Origin: Ilumatobacteraceae bacterium
GTDB lineage: Bacteria; Actinomycetota; Acidimicrobiia; Acidimicrobiales; Ilumatobacteraceae
Direction: 5' to 3'
DNA: 60,775 nt
Assembly: GCA_031424145.1 (NCBI GenBank)
Contig: JANPGV010000177.1
Span: 1-60,775, forward strand
This document shows positions 34,010 to 42,706 of the stretch, one piece after another. The notes beneath the pieces were generated by a model. It did no database searches and had not been told where the DNA came from. It saw only the letters and a list, made by a program, of their open reading frames with translations. Position numbers and translations under genes: made by a program. How positions within the stretch are numbered: the first letter of the stretch is position 1; each line of letters begins with the position of its first letter.

Positions 34010-34375
34010 TCATACCCGCCTTGGATCCACCGGGCAGACAAGGACGATGTTCTCGTCGGCGACGAACGCGCGGTCGAGGACGGTGTCCTGACTCTGTGTC
34101 GCACGCATACCGAGCGTGTCCCACGTCTCGACGATCTCGTATCCGGTCGTCGAGCGCGGCAGGAAGCCGTGCACGATCTTCGGATTGGCCGGGTCTGAGG
34201 TATCCATCGCATGGAAGCCGGCGAGGGTCCAAACGGGGGCGAGGCTGCCGAAGATCTTGTGTCCGGTGATCTCCCAGCCGCCTGGGACCTTCTCGGCTTT
34301 CGACGACGACAGCAGCAACGGGATGTCGTTGCCTGGCTCGCCGTGAATCGCCGCGAAGACCTCGCCGTAACGCAA
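34010..34375 (-). pseudogene. Remnant of an acyl-CoA dehydrogenase-family gene (middle beta-domain only)
   Basis: 121-aa ORF. EPGNDI...GGWEITGHKIFGS...GMRATQSQDTVLDRAFVADENIV matches only the central domain of ACAD-fold enzymes. The N-terminal (~110 aa) and C-terminal (~150 aa) helical domains are absent. The space is occupied by intact flanking genes. Confidence 0.6.
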
Positions 34376-34424
34376 GCTCGTCCGCCAGTTGAAATCGTGA
34401 GCACAGGCATCCGACTCGGCGACG

Positions 34425-35444
34425 TTGCCCGACTACCGTGACTGGTCGATGACCGTTCTGGTGGGCAACCTTCATCCGGAGTTCCGAGCCTTCTGGCACC
34501 CGGTCGCGTGGTCTCACGAGGTCAGCGGCACGCCGCTCGCGGTCACACTGCTGGGCCAGCCGCTTGTCCTCCTCCGACACGCGGACGGAGCCGCCGCAGC
34601 TTTCATCGACGAGTGCCCGCACCGCGGCGCACCGCTGAGCCTCGGCAAGCTGGAGGGCGAGGAGCTGGTCTGCGCGTTCCACGGCTGGAGGTTCGCGGCC
34701 GACGGCTCGGCTTCGTGCATTCCGGCGTTGGGTGCCGAGGCGGTGATCCCCTCGCGTGCGCGTCTCACCGCGCCCGATGCCGTCTGCGAGTGCTACGGGA
34801 TCGTGTGGGTCGCGCTCGAGCCTGCGCGGGTCTCGATCCCTTCGTGGCCGGATGGCGAGGACGACTCACTCGGCGATTTCTCTCCGACGTCGCACACGTC
34901 GGAAGTGCTGGCTGCCTACCAGACCGACAACCTGCTCGATGCCAGCCACTTTCCCTTCCTGCACAGTTCGCTGAGCTCGCGAAACCCGGTGATCGGCGAT
35001 CAGGAGACCATCGATCAGCACGACCTCGGGTTCTCGACAGTGCAGCGCAAGCTGGCCGACGACAACGTCGGTACGGAAGGGTGGTTGCGGTACACGTTGG
35101 TCGCCCCGTTCACGGTCCTCTTGCGCAGTGAGGAGCCCGACGGTCGGCTTCGCCAATCGTTCTTCCAAGCCATCCAGCCAATCGACGACCGACATACACG
35201 GTTGTTCTTCCTCGTGCGGGTCCCTGAGACCGACCCGGCAGAGCTCACTGAGCTACTCGCCCAGGAGGAGATCGTGCAGAAGGAGGACCTGTGGATCACG
35301 GCCGCGCTGCGACGCACAGGCATGCCGATCGGCGCGGGCGTTCAGGACGGAAGTGCAGACCTGCATGTGCGCACTGACGGCAACGCCATCCTGTACCGCC
35401 GCGTGTTGCGTCATGTGTTCGACGATGCCAGTCCGTCCAAGTGA
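34425..35444 (+). CDS. Rieske [2Fe-2S] non-heme-iron oxygenase (PaO/Tic55/phthalate-family type)
   Basis: Rieske motif CPHRGAPLS...CAFHGWRF. Iron site NLLDASHFPFLH. Possible alternative start at 34449 (MTVLVGN). Confidence 0.85.
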   Translation: MPDYRDWSMTVLVGNLHPEFRAFWHPVAWSHEVSGTPLAVTLLGQPLVLLRHADGAAAAFIDECPHRGAPLSLGKLEGEELVCAFHGWRFAADGSASCIPALGAEAVIPSRARLTAPDAVCECYGIVWVALEPARVSIPSWPDGEDDSLGDFSPTSHTSEVLAAYQTDNLLDASHFPFLHSSLSSRNPVIGDQETIDQHDLGFSTVQRKLADDNVGTEGWLRYTLVAPFTVLLRSEEPDGRLRQSFFQAIQPIDDRHTRLFFLVRVPETDPAELTELLAQEEIVQKEDLWITAALRRTGMPIGAGVQDGSADLHVRTDGNAILYRRVLRHVFDDASPSK

Positions 35445-35977
35445 GCTCGGCCGTGCGTCCGTGGTTCGTCGGGGCGTGGCGGCGCAGGTCGATCGCAGTT
35501 CCCGGTGGCGAACCGGTCGAACCGTGCGAGGCATGGTGGATTCAGGCGGGCGAGGCATTCGTGGACGTCAGGATCGCGTTACCGGGCAGTGAGGGCAACG
35601 GTCTGCCGTACTCGTCCACACGGGCCTTTGCCGGTCGATTCGAGATCACCGGAAGTGAGGTTCGATGGCACGTCGAACTCGACTCCGACGGTGCAGTGCC
35701 TCGGACGGACAGAGCCGCAGCGGCAGGTCTGTTCATCGCGCCGGACGATCCACTACTGATGATCGAGGATGCACCCGGGCGGTTCCGCGAGGAGTGGGTG
35801 CAGCAGGCTGTCGCTCCGCAGGAGAGCGCGCCCGAAGTCGAGTTCGTGCGTTCCGCGAACGTTGTTTCCATTCGCGTCGGCGACATCAGCGGAGTCGTCT
35901 TTGTTGACGGTGGAAGTGTGGCGGGGCGGGTCTGGCACCCGAGCGGCGCGATTGCAGTCGGCGGTCTCGATGCCTGA
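35441..35977 (+). CDS. Hypothetical protein translationally coupled to the Rieske oxygenase
   Basis: 178 aa. The GTG start overlaps the upstream stop (GTGA at 35441-35444). No motif recognised. Confidence 0.5.
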   Translation: MSSAVRPWFVGAWRRRSIAVPGGEPVEPCEAWWIQAGEAFVDVRIALPGSEGNGLPYSSTRAFAGRFEITGSEVRWHVELDSDGAVPRTDRAAAAGLFIAPDDPLLMIEDAPGRFREEWVQQAVAPQESAPEVEFVRSANVVSIRVGDISGVVFVDGGSVAGRVWHPSGAIAVGGLDA

Positions 35978-36345
35978 ACGCCTGGACGTCGACGTCTGTG
36001 TGGTGGGCGCGGGATACGCCGGGCTCACCGCGGCGCGCCGGCTGAGCCAGGCCGGAAAGTCGGTTGCCGTCCTCGAAGCGCGCGACCGCGTCGGCGGAAG
36101 GATCTATGCCACGCCGGCTTTACGTCGACCGGGCGTGATCGCCTCGTTCACGTTCGGCAGGGTCGCCGAGCGGGTCGATGCGCTCGATGAAACGCAACGC
36201 AGGCGAGCCGTTGTCGATGCCCTGACCACTCGTTTCGGGCGACGCGCCGCCGATCCGTCCGAGGTGATCGAAACGCCGTGGTGGAAACAGGAGTGGACGC
36301 GAGGCAGGAGATCCTCGATCTGTTCTGACCTCGCCCGGTCAACCG
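35969..36345 (+). pseudogene. Flavin amine-oxidase gene remnant with a large internal deletion and a 3' frame disruption
   Basis: The N-terminal dinucleotide-binding motif [38 protein letters not shown] is joined after ~10 aa directly to a C-terminal-type segment ([35 protein letters not shown]). The sequence then degenerates. Full-length enzymes of this family are about 450 aa. Confidence 0.6.
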
Positions 36346-36948
36346 TTATCGCGTTTGCGCCCTCAGGGCGTCGGCGAGATCGGCTGAAGCTCCCGGTCGC
36401 AATGTCGTGTGCACCAGTTCGGCTCCCGCGAACCGCTGCGCCTCTTGGTACAACTTGGTGAGATCGACTTCGCTCGCCAGCGCGACAACCGTGGACGTGT
36501 GTGGGCGAACAGCCTCTTTGAACCAATCGACCCACTCATCGGGGATCCCGATGTCGACGACCTTTGCCGTGATGGCTCCTGCTCCTGCACCGATGCCGAG
36601 CCCGGCGATCCAGCCCACTGGGCCGGCGATCAGCAGACCGATGAGGCCTGTCCACAGCGCGCCTTTTACCGCTGTTCCGGAGGTCTGCAGGTCAGTGGTC
36701 TCACGAACACGCACGCTGCCGTCATCGCCCTTGTAGACGACGACGGCATCGCTGAGTTTGAGATCGCCTCGCGCGGCCATGCCGCGCAAGACCAGGAGGA
36801 ACTCCTCCGCGCGGTACACGTCTTCGAAGGAGATCCCGAACAGTGCCTCCGGCTCGCCCGAGTAGTACGGCTCGCTCGTCGTGAGACCGGAGTCGGCGGG
36901 TCGAACATCGCTTACACCAGTGATGTCAGGCGGAGGCAGGTTTGTCAC
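36346..36948 (-). CDS. DUF1269-like membrane protein
   Basis: The long ORF 36346..37431 is trimmed to the in-frame GTG at 36946-36948, because upstream it would collide with the cupredoxin gene. The Gly-zipper TM is [26 protein letters not shown]. The start is uncertain. Confidence 0.6.
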   Translation of the reverse strand: MTNLPPPDITGVSDVRPADSGLTTSEPYYSGEPEALFGISFEDVYRAEEFLLVLRGMAARGDLKLSDAVVVYKGDDGSVRVRETTDLQTSGTAVKGALWTGLIGLLIAGPVGWIAGLGIGAGAGAITAKVVDIGIPDEWVDWFKEAVRPHTSTVVALASEVDLTKLYQEAQRFAGAELVHTTLRPGASADLADALRAQTR

Positions 36949-37078
36949 TCGTTGTGTATTCCCATGCCCGTACGTGGCCAAACCTCCGTGGGCGCACCCA
37001 GCGAGTGAGAAGGCGGTAAGAAACCTGCCTTCCGGAATTTTTCCAATCCGTCTTCGAATGCGCTCCGAACCTCGGGCA

Positions 37079-37483
37079 ATGCGACATCGATACGTATTTC
37101 TTGTGCTGGCCCTTTCTGTCGTCGGTGCGTGTTCGAGCGACAACAACGGCGGCACCGCGTCGACGCCACAGGTGACAGCGGCGATCGCCCCGACGACATC
37201 GGCTCCGGCAACGACGACATCGGCTCCGGCAACGAGCGGCCAGGTCGCCGTCGGAATTGCCGACTTCAAGTTCACGCCGCCTGACGTGAAGGTTCCCGTC
37301 GGTGGCTCGGTGGTGTGGACGAACAACGACAAGCAACCGCATACCGCAACCTCGTCAGGGTCGTTCGACGCAGGGGCCATCCAGCCGGGAGCCTCTGCCA
37401 CCGTCGCGTTCCAGACGGCAGGCACCTTCACCTACATCTGCTCGTTCCATCCGTTCATGACCGGCACCGTCACCGTCGGTTGA
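37079..37483 (+). CDS. Cupredoxin (plastocyanin/amicyanin-like) lipoprotein
   Basis: Signal plus lipobox MRHRYVFLVLALSVVGAC, then a Thr/Ser/Pro/Ala linker. Type-1 Cu ligands are H (KQPHTA) and C-x2-H-x2-M (CSFHPFM). Confidence 0.8.
   Translation: MRHRYVFLVLALSVVGACSSDNNGGTASTPQVTAAIAPTTSAPATTTSAPATSGQVAVGIADFKFTPPDVKVPVGGSVVWTNNDKQPHTATSSGSFDAGAIQPGASATVAFQTAGTFTYICSFHPFMTGTVTVG
37193..37234 (+). repeat. Perfect 21-bp tandem duplication inside the cupredoxin linker
   Basis: acgacatcggctccggcaacg occurs twice in tandem (37193-37213 and 37214-37234), encoding TTSAPAT twice. Confidence 0.9.
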
Positions 37484-37538
37484 TCCAAGTCTCGAAAAGT
37501 CTCGAAACCCCCAATCGGGAATCTCATCAAGGAGAACC

Positions 37539-38180
37539 ATGCACATCACCACCCGTCATTTTCGGGCTCTCGCGGCCGACGTCGATGACCTCCATCGGCA
37601 GAACATGAAGACCTTTGCCGATGAGACCAGGGAGTTGCACCGCAGCCTCTACCGATCACGCCGGTCAGCGGGCGGGCTCGACGATCAGACGATCGCCGGA
37701 TACGCACAGAGTGTCGAGCTCGCCGCAGTCGCTGCGTACACCGCGGCAGCGCCGGTCCTGAGCTCAGGCACGCTGCCCGTCGCCCAGCTGTTCATGACCC
37801 ATCACCAGCAGCACGCCGATGCCTTCGGTGCCGTCGCCGGCGCCAAGGCGGTGTCGGTGCCGAACAAGACGCTGATCGCTGCTGTGACGCCGACCCTGCA
37901 GGCGATCAAGGACGAGATGGGCGCGCTGGAGTTCGCGTTCACGCTGGAGGGCCAGGCCGCGTACACCTACGCCGCAGCACTTACCCTGCTTCAAGATCCC
38001 GCCTACGCCGCTGCGACGGCCACGATTCTGCCGATCGAGGCCCAACACCAAGTCGTCCTCGGGCTCGCTCTCGGCAAGGACGTCACAGCTGTGTTCCCAA
38101 CGGGGGCGTTCGAGTCGGCCTCGCTCGGCGATGGCACAGATCCGCTCAAGGGTCTCGACCCAGCCGTATTCGCAGCCTGA
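37539..38180 (+). CDS. Ferritin-like domain protein, no signal peptide
   Basis: 213 aa with a strong AAGGAG SD. The four-helix region has E...HH..H and E.QH motifs (LFMTHHQQHADAF and PIEAQHQVVLG). It is paralogous to the next gene. Confidence 0.65.
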   Translation: MHITTRHFRALAADVDDLHRQNMKTFADETRELHRSLYRSRRSAGGLDDQTIAGYAQSVELAAVAAYTAAAPVLSSGTLPVAQLFMTHHQQHADAFGAVAGAKAVSVPNKTLIAAVTPTLQAIKDEMGALEFAFTLEGQAAYTYAAALTLLQDPAYAAATATILPIEAQHQVVLGLALGKDVTAVFPTGAFESASLGDGTDPLKGLDPAVFAA

Positions 38181-38213
38181 TTCACCGCCACCCTCGAAAG
38201 GACGAACCCCCAA

Positions 38214-39092
38214 ATGAACAACAACGATTTGAACAACGACGAGATCCGACGCCAGCTCCGGGCCATCGACCGTTTGAACACAGCGGTCGTGCCACGGTGG
38301 CGCGAGGCGTTGGCCCGGCTGGTCGGAGACGACCAAGTCGGAACCGAAGAGAAGGCATCCCTCCTCGGCGTTCCGGCGCCGAACCGCCGAGACCTCTTCA
38401 AGATCGGCGGCGCCTCCGTGCTCGGCGTCGCGCTGTTGGCCGCCTGCGGCAGTGACAAGGCCGACAGCCCGGCTGCGACCACAGCCGGCACCACCGCCGG
38501 CGCCGGCACGGTGCCCACCACCGTGGGTGCGACGCAGCCCGCCGACACGACGGCACCGTCGACGACCGCCGCCAATTCAGGCGACATGGACCTCGTGCTG
38601 GCCAGAACCGCGGCCTCGTTGGAGAAGCTTGCTGTCGATACGTACAGCACTGCCGCGGGGCTCATCACGACTCCGGCAGTCCTCGCTGCCGCGACCATGT
38701 TCGCCGGGCACCACCAGATGCACCTCGACGCTCTCAACGGTGTCATCAGCGGTGCTGGAGGCAAGCCGATCACCGAGATGAACATCGCCGTCTACAACGC
38801 GCTGGTGAAGCCGGCAGTCGACGCCGCGAAGACCGAGACCGACGCTGTGATGTTGGCGCTCGCATTGGAAGAAGCAGCCGCACAGACCTACGTCTTTGCA
38901 GGAGGTGCACTCTCTACAGCCGGATTGCGATCGACGATCATGACCATCGGCGGCGTCGAGGCCCGTCATGCTGCGGTGCTGCGAATGGCAGCGTTGGCTC
39001 AGTCGCCGCTCGACGTCTTCCCCGATAAGCGTGGCTTCTTCCCCGGCGACAATCCACTCGCCAAGATCGACGGGGCGCTGATCACCGCCTGA
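38214..39092 (+). CDS. Ferritin-like domain protein with a Tat signal and lipobox after a ~55-aa N-terminal extension
   Basis: NRRDLFKIGGASVLGVALLAAC combines a twin-arginine motif with a lipobox. The mature part has FAGHHQMHLDAL and GGVEARHAAVL, paralogous to 37539..38180. Confidence 0.7.
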   Translation: MNNNDLNNDEIRRQLRAIDRLNTAVVPRWREALARLVGDDQVGTEEKASLLGVPAPNRRDLFKIGGASVLGVALLAACGSDKADSPAATTAGTTAGAGTVPTTVGATQPADTTAPSTTAANSGDMDLVLARTAASLEKLAVDTYSTAAGLITTPAVLAAATMFAGHHQMHLDALNGVISGAGGKPITEMNIAVYNALVKPAVDAAKTETDAVMLALALEEAAAQTYVFAGGALSTAGLRSTIMTIGGVEARHAAVLRMAALAQSPLDVFPDKRGFFPGDNPLAKIDGALITA

Positions 39093-39148
39093 CCGTGCTC
39101 GAGCAGGATCGCTCAGGCTGCTCGACTCGATGACGAATTGAGATTGCT

Positions 39149-40114
39149 TTGACCGCCGCGCTTGGCGAGGATCTTTATGTGACGAAACGCGGGTGGGTGC
39201 TGTTCACGGCCATGGCCTTCATCTGGGGCGTCCCGTACTTCTTCATTCGTGTCGCCGTGAAGCAACTCGAACCAGCGGTCGTGGTCTTCGGCCGCACATC
39301 GTTGTCTGCCATCGTGCTGCTGGTTCTTGCGAGCAGGGCAGGTGCGGTCCGCCCGGCACTGCGCCGGTGGCGGCCGGTGATGATCTTCGCCGTGATCGAG
39401 ATGGCCATCCCGTGGATCCTGCTCACGACAGCGGAGGAGCATCTTGCATCGGGGCTCACCGCGTTGATCATCTCGTCGGTGCCGATCGTCGGCACGATCG
39501 CCGCGTTCGCGCTCGGCGACCGCCATGCACTGCGCCTGGTGCGACTGGTTGGAATTGCGCTCGGGCTCGGCGGGGTTGCCCTGCTCGTCGGTCGTGACCT
39601 CAGCAGCGCCCACGCGCCGCCGTGGTGGAGCGTCGTCGAAGTGCTCATCGTCGTCGTCTGCTACGCAACGGCGCCCTTCATTGCCGACCGACGCCTGGCC
39701 GACGTGCCGTCGCTCGGTGTCATCGCAGTCTCACTCAGCCTTGTCACCGTGATCTACGCGCCGATCGCGGCAACGTCCCTGCCGGCAAAGGCGCCGAGCA
39801 TGAATGCAGTTCTGGCGGTGCTGGGGCTGGCGTTCGTCTGCACAGGTTTGGCTTTCGTGGTGTTCTTCCGGTTGATCGACGAAGTCGGCCCGGCGCGCGC
39901 TGGGCTCATCACCTTCGCCAACCCGGTCGTGGCGATTGCGCTCGGGGCAGTCTTCCTCGACGAGTTGATCACGGTGGCAACAGTCATCGGGTTCGTGCTG
40001 GTCATCGCCGGCTGCTGGCTGGCCACCCGCCCGCCGCCTTCGGTCGATTCGGCCGATGACGTGCGCCTACTCGAGCATTCAGCGACCTACTCCCAGGGCG
40101 TCCCGAGCAGCTAG
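39149..40114 (+). CDS. DMT-superfamily (EamA-type) transporter
   Basis: About 10 TM helices in two EamA-like halves. The start may instead be the GTG near 39180. Confidence 0.85.
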   Translation: MTAALGEDLYVTKRGWVLFTAMAFIWGVPYFFIRVAVKQLEPAVVVFGRTSLSAIVLLVLASRAGAVRPALRRWRPVMIFAVIEMAIPWILLTTAEEHLASGLTALIISSVPIVGTIAAFALGDRHALRLVRLVGIALGLGGVALLVGRDLSSAHAPPWWSVVEVLIVVVCYATAPFIADRRLADVPSLGVIAVSLSLVTVIYAPIAATSLPAKAPSMNAVLAVLGLAFVCTGLAFVVFFRLIDEVGPARAGLITFANPVVAIALGAVFLDELITVATVIGFVLVIAGCWLATRPPPSVDSADDVRLLEHSATYSQGVPSS

Positions 40115-40128
40115 CGCGAACCGAGCGA

Positions 40129-41358
40129 TCATCTTTCGGACGTCGTTGTCAGCCGAGCAGCCTGTGTTGTGAGGTACTCCTTTTCGCGCAGGTTCGCTGT
40201 CCGGGCCGCCGCTGCTTTGAACTCGGCGATCGCAGAACCCGTGTCGCCTGTCATCTCGAGGAGGTGGGCACGAACCGAATGAAGACGATGGTGATCGTCG
40301 AGGTCTTGCTCGAGACCATCGAGGAGTGCCAGGCCCGCATTCGGCCCGTTGGCCATGGCCTCGGCGACGGCGCGGTTGAGCCTGACCATGGGATTGCCGG
40401 TCATCCGTTCGAGAAGGCTGTACAGCGAGACGATCTCGGTCCAACTCGTGTCGGAGTGGCGCGCGGCCTGATCATGAACCGCAGCGATGGACGCCTGAAT
40501 CTGGTACTGGCCGACCTGGCCGTATCGCAGCGCACCTGTGATGAGCGCGATGCCCTCCGACATCAGGGCTCGGTCCCACAGGCTGCGGTCTTGCTCGGCG
40601 AGTGGGACCAGTTGCCCGCCGGCATCCGTGCGAGCGAGTCGCCGCGCATCATTGAGCAGCATCAGGGCCAGCAACCCGGTCACCTCCGGATCGTTCGGCA
40701 GAGCCGAGTGCACCAGGCGGGAGAGCCTGATCGCCTCGCCGGACAAGTCGGTGCGGGCCAGATCGGGGCCGCTGCTGCTCGTATAGCCCTCGTTGAACAG
40801 GAGATACAGCACGTGCAGGACGGACCGCAGCCGCTCGGCGCGACTGTCCGGCGAGGGAAGCGCAAATGGCTCGTTGGACGCCTTGATCGTTGCCTTCGAT
40901 CGGCTGATGCGTTGCGCCATCGTCGATTCGGGGACGAGGAAGGCAGAGGCGATCTCGCGGGTGGTCAAGCCTGCGACAGCGCGCAATGTGAGGGGAATGG
41001 CCGACGCCGGCGTCAACGAAGGGTGGCAGCACATGTACATCAGGGTCAACGTGTCGTCGTGCGCGGGTGCGGCCGCGGGGGCCGGCTCTGCCATCGACCA
41101 CGAGGCAGCGATGTCTTCTCGGCGGCGCCGGGCGTCGTCTCGTCGGTACTGCTCGATCAGCCGGCGGGAGGCGACACGAACGAGCCAGTTGAGCGGATTG
41201 TCCGGCCTCCCCTCGATCGGCCACGTCGTGCTCGCTGCCACCAGCGCCTCTTGGACAGCATCTTCGGCGCTCGCGAAATCGCCGTAGCGGCGCACGAGCG
41301 CAACGAGGACCTGCGGCGCCAGTTCGCGCAGCAGGCCCTCGTTCTCAGTGCGGGTCAC
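40129..41358 (-). CDS. ECF sigma factor with a long C-terminal extension (ECF42-like)
   Basis: 409 aa. Sigma-2 region DAVQEALVAA...NPLNWLVRVASRRLIEQYRRD, a sigma-4 HTH around TTREIASAFLVPESTMAQRISRSK, then a ~200-aa helical/TPR-like extension. GTGA overlap with the upstream YciI gene. Confidence 0.85.
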   Translation of the reverse strand: MTRTENEGLLRELAPQVLVALVRRYGDFASAEDAVQEALVAASTTWPIEGRPDNPLNWLVRVASRRLIEQYRRDDARRRREDIAASWSMAEPAPAAAPAHDDTLTLMYMCCHPSLTPASAIPLTLRAVAGLTTREIASAFLVPESTMAQRISRSKATIKASNEPFALPSPDSRAERLRSVLHVLYLLFNEGYTSSSGPDLARTDLSGEAIRLSRLVHSALPNDPEVTGLLALMLLNDARRLARTDAGGQLVPLAEQDRSLWDRALMSEGIALITGALRYGQVGQYQIQASIAAVHDQAARHSDTSWTEIVSLYSLLERMTGNPMVRLNRAVAEAMANGPNAGLALLDGLEQDLDDHHRLHSVRAHLLEMTGDTGSAIAEFKAAAARTANLREKEYLTTQAARLTTTSER

Positions 41359-41756
41359 ACCTCTGGGTCGGGGGCGCTCAACACCTGGCGCACCTCGATG
41401 GCGTCGCGGATCGGTGCGCCTTTCGGCCCAGGCGCAGCCGATGCCTTGGCCGCGATCTCAATCGCCCGTTCCAGCGTCTCGACGTCGATGAGCCGGTAGC
41501 CGGCCAGCAGTTCCTTGGACTCCGGGTAGGGACCGTCGGTGATCACGGGAGCGCTGGCCCCGTCCGACACGACGAACTTGGCCTGGTCGGGCCCGGCCAA
41601 CCCCTGGGCGTCGACGAGCTCGCCGAGCTCGGTCAACTCACGGTTCAACGCACGCTGGAACTCGATGTGGGCGTGCACATCTTCGGGTGCCCATTCCGTC
41701 ATCGGCGCGCAGCCGGACTCGACCTCGCCATAATTCTGCAGCAACATGAAACGCAT
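41355..41756 (-). CDS. YciI/DGPF-domain protein
   Basis: Trimmed to the ATG at 41754-41756 (MRFMLLQNYG). DGPYPESKELLAGYRLIDVETLERAIEIA is the YCII/DGPF core. Confidence 0.85.
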   Translation of the reverse strand: MRFMLLQNYGEVESGCAPMTEWAPEDVHAHIEFQRALNRELTELGELVDAQGLAGPDQAKFVVSDGASAPVITDGPYPESKELLAGYRLIDVETLERAIEIAAKASAAPGPKGAPIRDAIEVRQVLSAPDPEV

Positions 41757-41806
41757 CGCTTCATCCTTCCTCATCCGGCGACGCCCAATGCGCCGCTCAC
41801 CAAGAG

Positions 41807-41833
41807 GTCGAAGCTGTGACGCGTTCCTCGACA
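41807..41833 (-). promoter_or_regulatory. Candidate ECF-type promoter upstream of the YciI-sigma operon
   Basis: The minus strand reads TGTCGA-N17-CGAC, about 50 nt upstream of the YciI ATG. TGTCGA as an ECF42 -35 element is my recollection and is not verified. Confidence 0.25.
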
Positions 41834-41864
41834 TGGCCGACTCGAAATTTCCGAAAGATGTCGA

Positions 41865-42503
41865 ATGAACGATGAGCCGTTGCCCGGCGGCGACTTCTCG
41901 GCATGGATGACACAAGTGCTGGGAGCAATACAGGGTGAGGGCGCGTCGGAGGTTCCGTGCGGCAGTTGCACCGCGAGCTGCACCGCATCGCAGTTCGTCC
42001 ACATCGGTCCCGACGAAACGGACACGCTCTCGCACATCGATCCGTCCTTGGTGTTCCCGGCGCCCGGCCTGCCGCGTGGCCACGTCGTGCTCGGTCACGA
42101 CGAGCGAGGGCATTGCCCGATGTTGATCGACGGCAAGTGCTCGATCTACCGACATCGCCCGCGGACCTGTCGAACCTACGACTGCCGGATCTTTCCGGCT
42201 GCCGCGTTGCAGCCTGACGAGCATGGGAAGGCCGGCATTGCCGCGCAGGCCAGGCGATGGCAGTTCAGCCACCCGACCGAAGCGGATCGCACGCAGCATG
42301 CCGCGGTCCGAGCGGCCGCGGTGTTCATTCGGCGGCACTCCGATTCGTGGCTTGCGGTCGCCGCACCGACGGACACGACCCAGCTGGCCGTGTCCGCGAT
42401 CGAGGTCCACGACGCGTTCATCGGGCACGACCAGAACGGCGAGACCACAATCATCGTTCCGCCGATCGAGGCCGTTCGTGTCGAGCTAACTCGTCGCAGA
42501 TAG
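41865..42503 (+). CDS. YkgJ-family Cys-cluster (zinc/iron-chelating) protein
   Basis: CGSCTASC...CPMLIDGKCSIYRHRPRTCRTYDC matches the UPF0153/YkgJ Cys pattern. Confidence 0.75.
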   Translation: MNDEPLPGGDFSAWMTQVLGAIQGEGASEVPCGSCTASCTASQFVHIGPDETDTLSHIDPSLVFPAPGLPRGHVVLGHDERGHCPMLIDGKCSIYRHRPRTCRTYDCRIFPAAALQPDEHGKAGIAAQARRWQFSHPTEADRTQHAAVRAAAVFIRRHSDSWLAVAAPTDTTQLAVSAIEVHDAFIGHDQNGETTIIVPPIEAVRVELTRRR

Positions 42504-42659
42504 GCGCGCGTGCTGCAGCCAGAAGTCCGTGAGGTCGAAGTTGGGCGGCGGAATGAAGGATTGGTTGGTCAGACGCGTTGCCCGAAGTTGGTCGAGGCAC
42601 ATGACGTCGACGGAATGATCACCCGCTATGCGCGCCCTCTGAGCTCCGTCTGGAGGCTG

Positions 42660-42678
42660 GGGACCCAATAGGGGTCCC
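42660..42678. terminator. GC-rich hairpin between convergent genes (candidate bidirectional terminator)
   Basis: GGGACCC-aatag-GGGTCCC forms a 7-bp perfect stem in the 203-bp gap between the YkgJ stop and the NTF2-like stop. There is no U-tract. Confidence 0.3.
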
Positions 42679-42706
42679 GCGGCGCCAAACGCTGCGTCTC
42701 GGAGAG

